Assembly: GCA_977017645.1 (NCBI GenBank)
Contig: OZ360246.1
Span: 27,280,001-27,344,000 of the forward strand
Direction: 5' to 3'
DNA: 64,000 bases
From: Torpedo marmorata
Lineage: Eukaryota
In this document: in pieces, positions 61,931 to 64,000 of the stretch
Numbering within the stretch: position 1 is the first letter of the stretch
How the letters are laid out: the number at the start of each line of letters is the position of its first letter
Position numbers and translations under genes: made by a program
Notes under the pieces: model-generated
Databases searched by the model: none
Told to the model about the DNA's origin: nothing
Seen by the model: the letters and a program-made list of their open reading frames with translations, nothing else

Positions 61931-63051
61931 GATCCTTGACAATTGCTGCTGAGCCCTCGATGATCCTTGACGATTGCTACTGCTCTCCAATGGCAGCGAT
62001 CCATGTAGATTTTCTCAATGGCGGGAAAAGCTTTGCCTGTGATGTACTGGGCTATGTCCACTACCTTTGCAGGGCTTTCTGCTCAGAGATACTAGTGCCC
62101 CCATACCAGGCTGTGATGCAGCCGGTTATCACGCTTTCCACTACACATCTGTAGAAGTTTGTCAAGGTTTTCAATGTCATACCAAACCTCCTCAAACTCC
62201 TGAGAAAGTCAAGGTGCTAACGTGCTTACTTCACGATGACATTCGTGTGTTGGGTCCAGGAAAGATCCTCCGAGATGGTGACTCCCAGGAATTAAATTTG
62301 CTCACCCCCTCCATCTATGATCCCCCAATGATCACTGGATTGTACACCTCTGGTTTTCCCCTCCTGAAGTCCACAATCAGCTCCTTGGTTTTGGTGACAT
62401 TGAGTGTGAGGTTGTTGTTAGTACTCCATTCAGCCAAGTTTTCAATCTCCCTCCTGTAATTTTATTAAAGTACTTCTGACCTAACCTTATTTGTATTCAA
62501 ATACCAATGTTTGGGCTATTCCTTGTGCTCTTTCTTACCCAGCAACAAGGGTCATTAGCCCATGATTACACCTCACTACTTTTGCAATGAAAGCAACATA
62601 ATACATAGATTTAGAACTGAACGAAATGAATAGTCAAGCTTGCATCTGATTTTTCTGTTGTGTGCTGGACCTGTGGAGATACCTAACAAATGCATGTATC
62701 ATTCAAACATGAGTTTCAGTTGCAACTAATTCCAGATAATTCAGTGTTTACAGTTAGGATTGCATTTAAAGTTACATTTTTGTCAAGAAGTAATGTTGCA
62801 TTATTATCCATTCACTACATGTGCCTCTCTTGTTGTTGGACTCTGGTTTGACATTAAGTTCAACCCGAAATTCTGCAACATGAAGCAAATTAACTTTCTA
62901 ACCGTGAGGACGTTAAGGGAAGATCAGCGGCAGCAGCCTTTTTAAAAAGTGTGTATCAGGTGAGGAGTTCTTGGTTTTCTCAGGACCTAGCCGTGAATAA
63001 AAAATAAGGCAAGTTCTAACAGAATGGCCATTTTGAGAAGGGCAGCCTTGA

Positions 63052-63688
63052 AGAATCAGGTTTATTGTCATGAACGTGTGTTGCAAAATTTGTTGTTTTG
63101 CAGCAGCAGTATTGTGTATTACAGATGCAAAAATGCTATAAATTATGGTTCTGTAAATACAATACAGGTATTTTAAAAATAATAATAATTCATGCAAAAA
63201 GGAGAAAAAGGTGAGGTAGTGTCTATAGGTTCATTGTCCATTCAGAAATCTGTTTTTGTAATGTTGGGTGTGCGTCTTCAGGCTCCTGTACCTCCTTCCT
63301 GATGGTAGCAGTGAGAAAAGGGCATGGCCTAGGTGGTGAGGGTCCTTGATGATAGAAGCTGCTTTCTTGAGACACCACCTCTTAAAGATGTCCTTAATGG
63401 AGTGAAGACTAATGCCCATGATGGTGCTGGCTGAGTTTACAACCCTCTAACCTTTTCCTGTCCTGTGCATTGGCACCTCCATACCAGACTGTGATGTAAC
63501 CAGTCAGAATGCTCTCCACGGTACACCTGTAAACTTTGCAAGTCTTTGGTGACATACCAAATCTCCTCAAACTCCTAATAAAATGTATCCGCTGGCGAGC
63601 CTTCTTCATGATTGCATTGACATTTTGTGGTCCCAGGATAGATCTTCAGAGATGTTGACACACAGGAATTTGAAGTTCTTTACCATCT
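63052..63688 (-). mobile_element. Rex1/Babar LINE 3' part
   Basis: MKKARQRIHFIRSLRRFGMSPKT..YRCTVESILTGYITVWYGG...KDPHHLGHALFSLLPSGRRY. Confidence 0.85.
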
Positions 63689-64000
63689 TCAAGATTCAAG
63701 ATTCAAGATTCAATTTATTGTCACAGCAATACGACAGTGTCATATACCACGAAATTTCCCTTTGCCTGCTCCAAGGCAGACAGATTCGCCATCGGCAGAA
63801 ATTGCCTAGGCGCCTCCAACATTCCTTACAGTCAGAGAAAGAGAAGCAAAAGAGAGTCCCCCCAGAGTCACCGAGTGTCCATAGATTCGCCTCCAGCGCT
63901 TCCGCAGCCACACAGAGTCCACTCCAAACGATCGGCATCCCGAGCTCCAGATCCGAACCTCCAACACGGTCAGGTCGCCCTCGGCAGCCCCTCACATCCC
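63688..64000 (-). mobile_element. GC-rich non-autonomous retroposon 3' end, running off the window
   Basis: (TTCAAGA)3 tail, then the reverse complement of ~56600-56905. Confidence 0.85.

Larger units (their letters stand above)
58628..62458 (-). mobile_element. Older Rex1-like LINE, host of several nested insertions
   Basis: 3' UTR at 58628-58830 resumes at 61110. Coding part ..HARFSLLPSGKRF..SCYPSTIRLLN at 61125-61276 resumes at ~61960 and runs to an NNLTLNVTKTKELIVDFR-like segment near 62420. Confidence 0.75.

Noticed and set aside
57851-64000. PLEKHM2 exon 10 (expected VDNNHLLLLMIHVF...)
   Set aside because: Not found; this span is mostly nested repeats, so the gene continues beyond the window.

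Overview
Vertebrate nuclear DNA, AT-rich and intron- and transposon-dense. The V-SINE, Penelope, CR1 and Rex1 repeat content points to a cartilaginous fish (shark or ray); the species cannot be fixed from the sequence alone. Two + strand protein-coding genes are supported by exons in a consistent frame with GT-AG boundaries. HSPB7 is represented by its last two coding exons (2493-2626, 6492-6677); exon 1 was not found in the window. PLEKHM2/SKIP is represented by exons 1-9 (26614-57850, 1808 coding nt) and continues past the window. The rest is a stack of mobile elements, often nested: L1 (one with a twin-priming inversion), Rex1/Babar, CR1, Penelope-like elements, four solo LTRs, Chapaev3, hAT, Tigger and piggyBac DNA elements, and tRNA- and 5S-derived SINEs. 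Best leads: (1) Penelope terminal repeats carrying a minimal hammerhead-ribozyme-like fold, including a perfect 261-bp-arm palindrome with a 13-bp TSD; (2) a modular set of non-autonomous retroposons in which a 5S head, a tRNA-Thr fragment or an ~800-bp GC-rich body sits on a related Rex1-like 3' tail; (3) inverted repeat copies bracketing the frame-symmetric, stop-free 852-nt exon 9, a circRNA candidate; (4) an intronic CpG cluster with a consensus splice donor that could start a RUN-less PLEKHM2 isoform. All family names come from motif recognition by eye, not from database searches.
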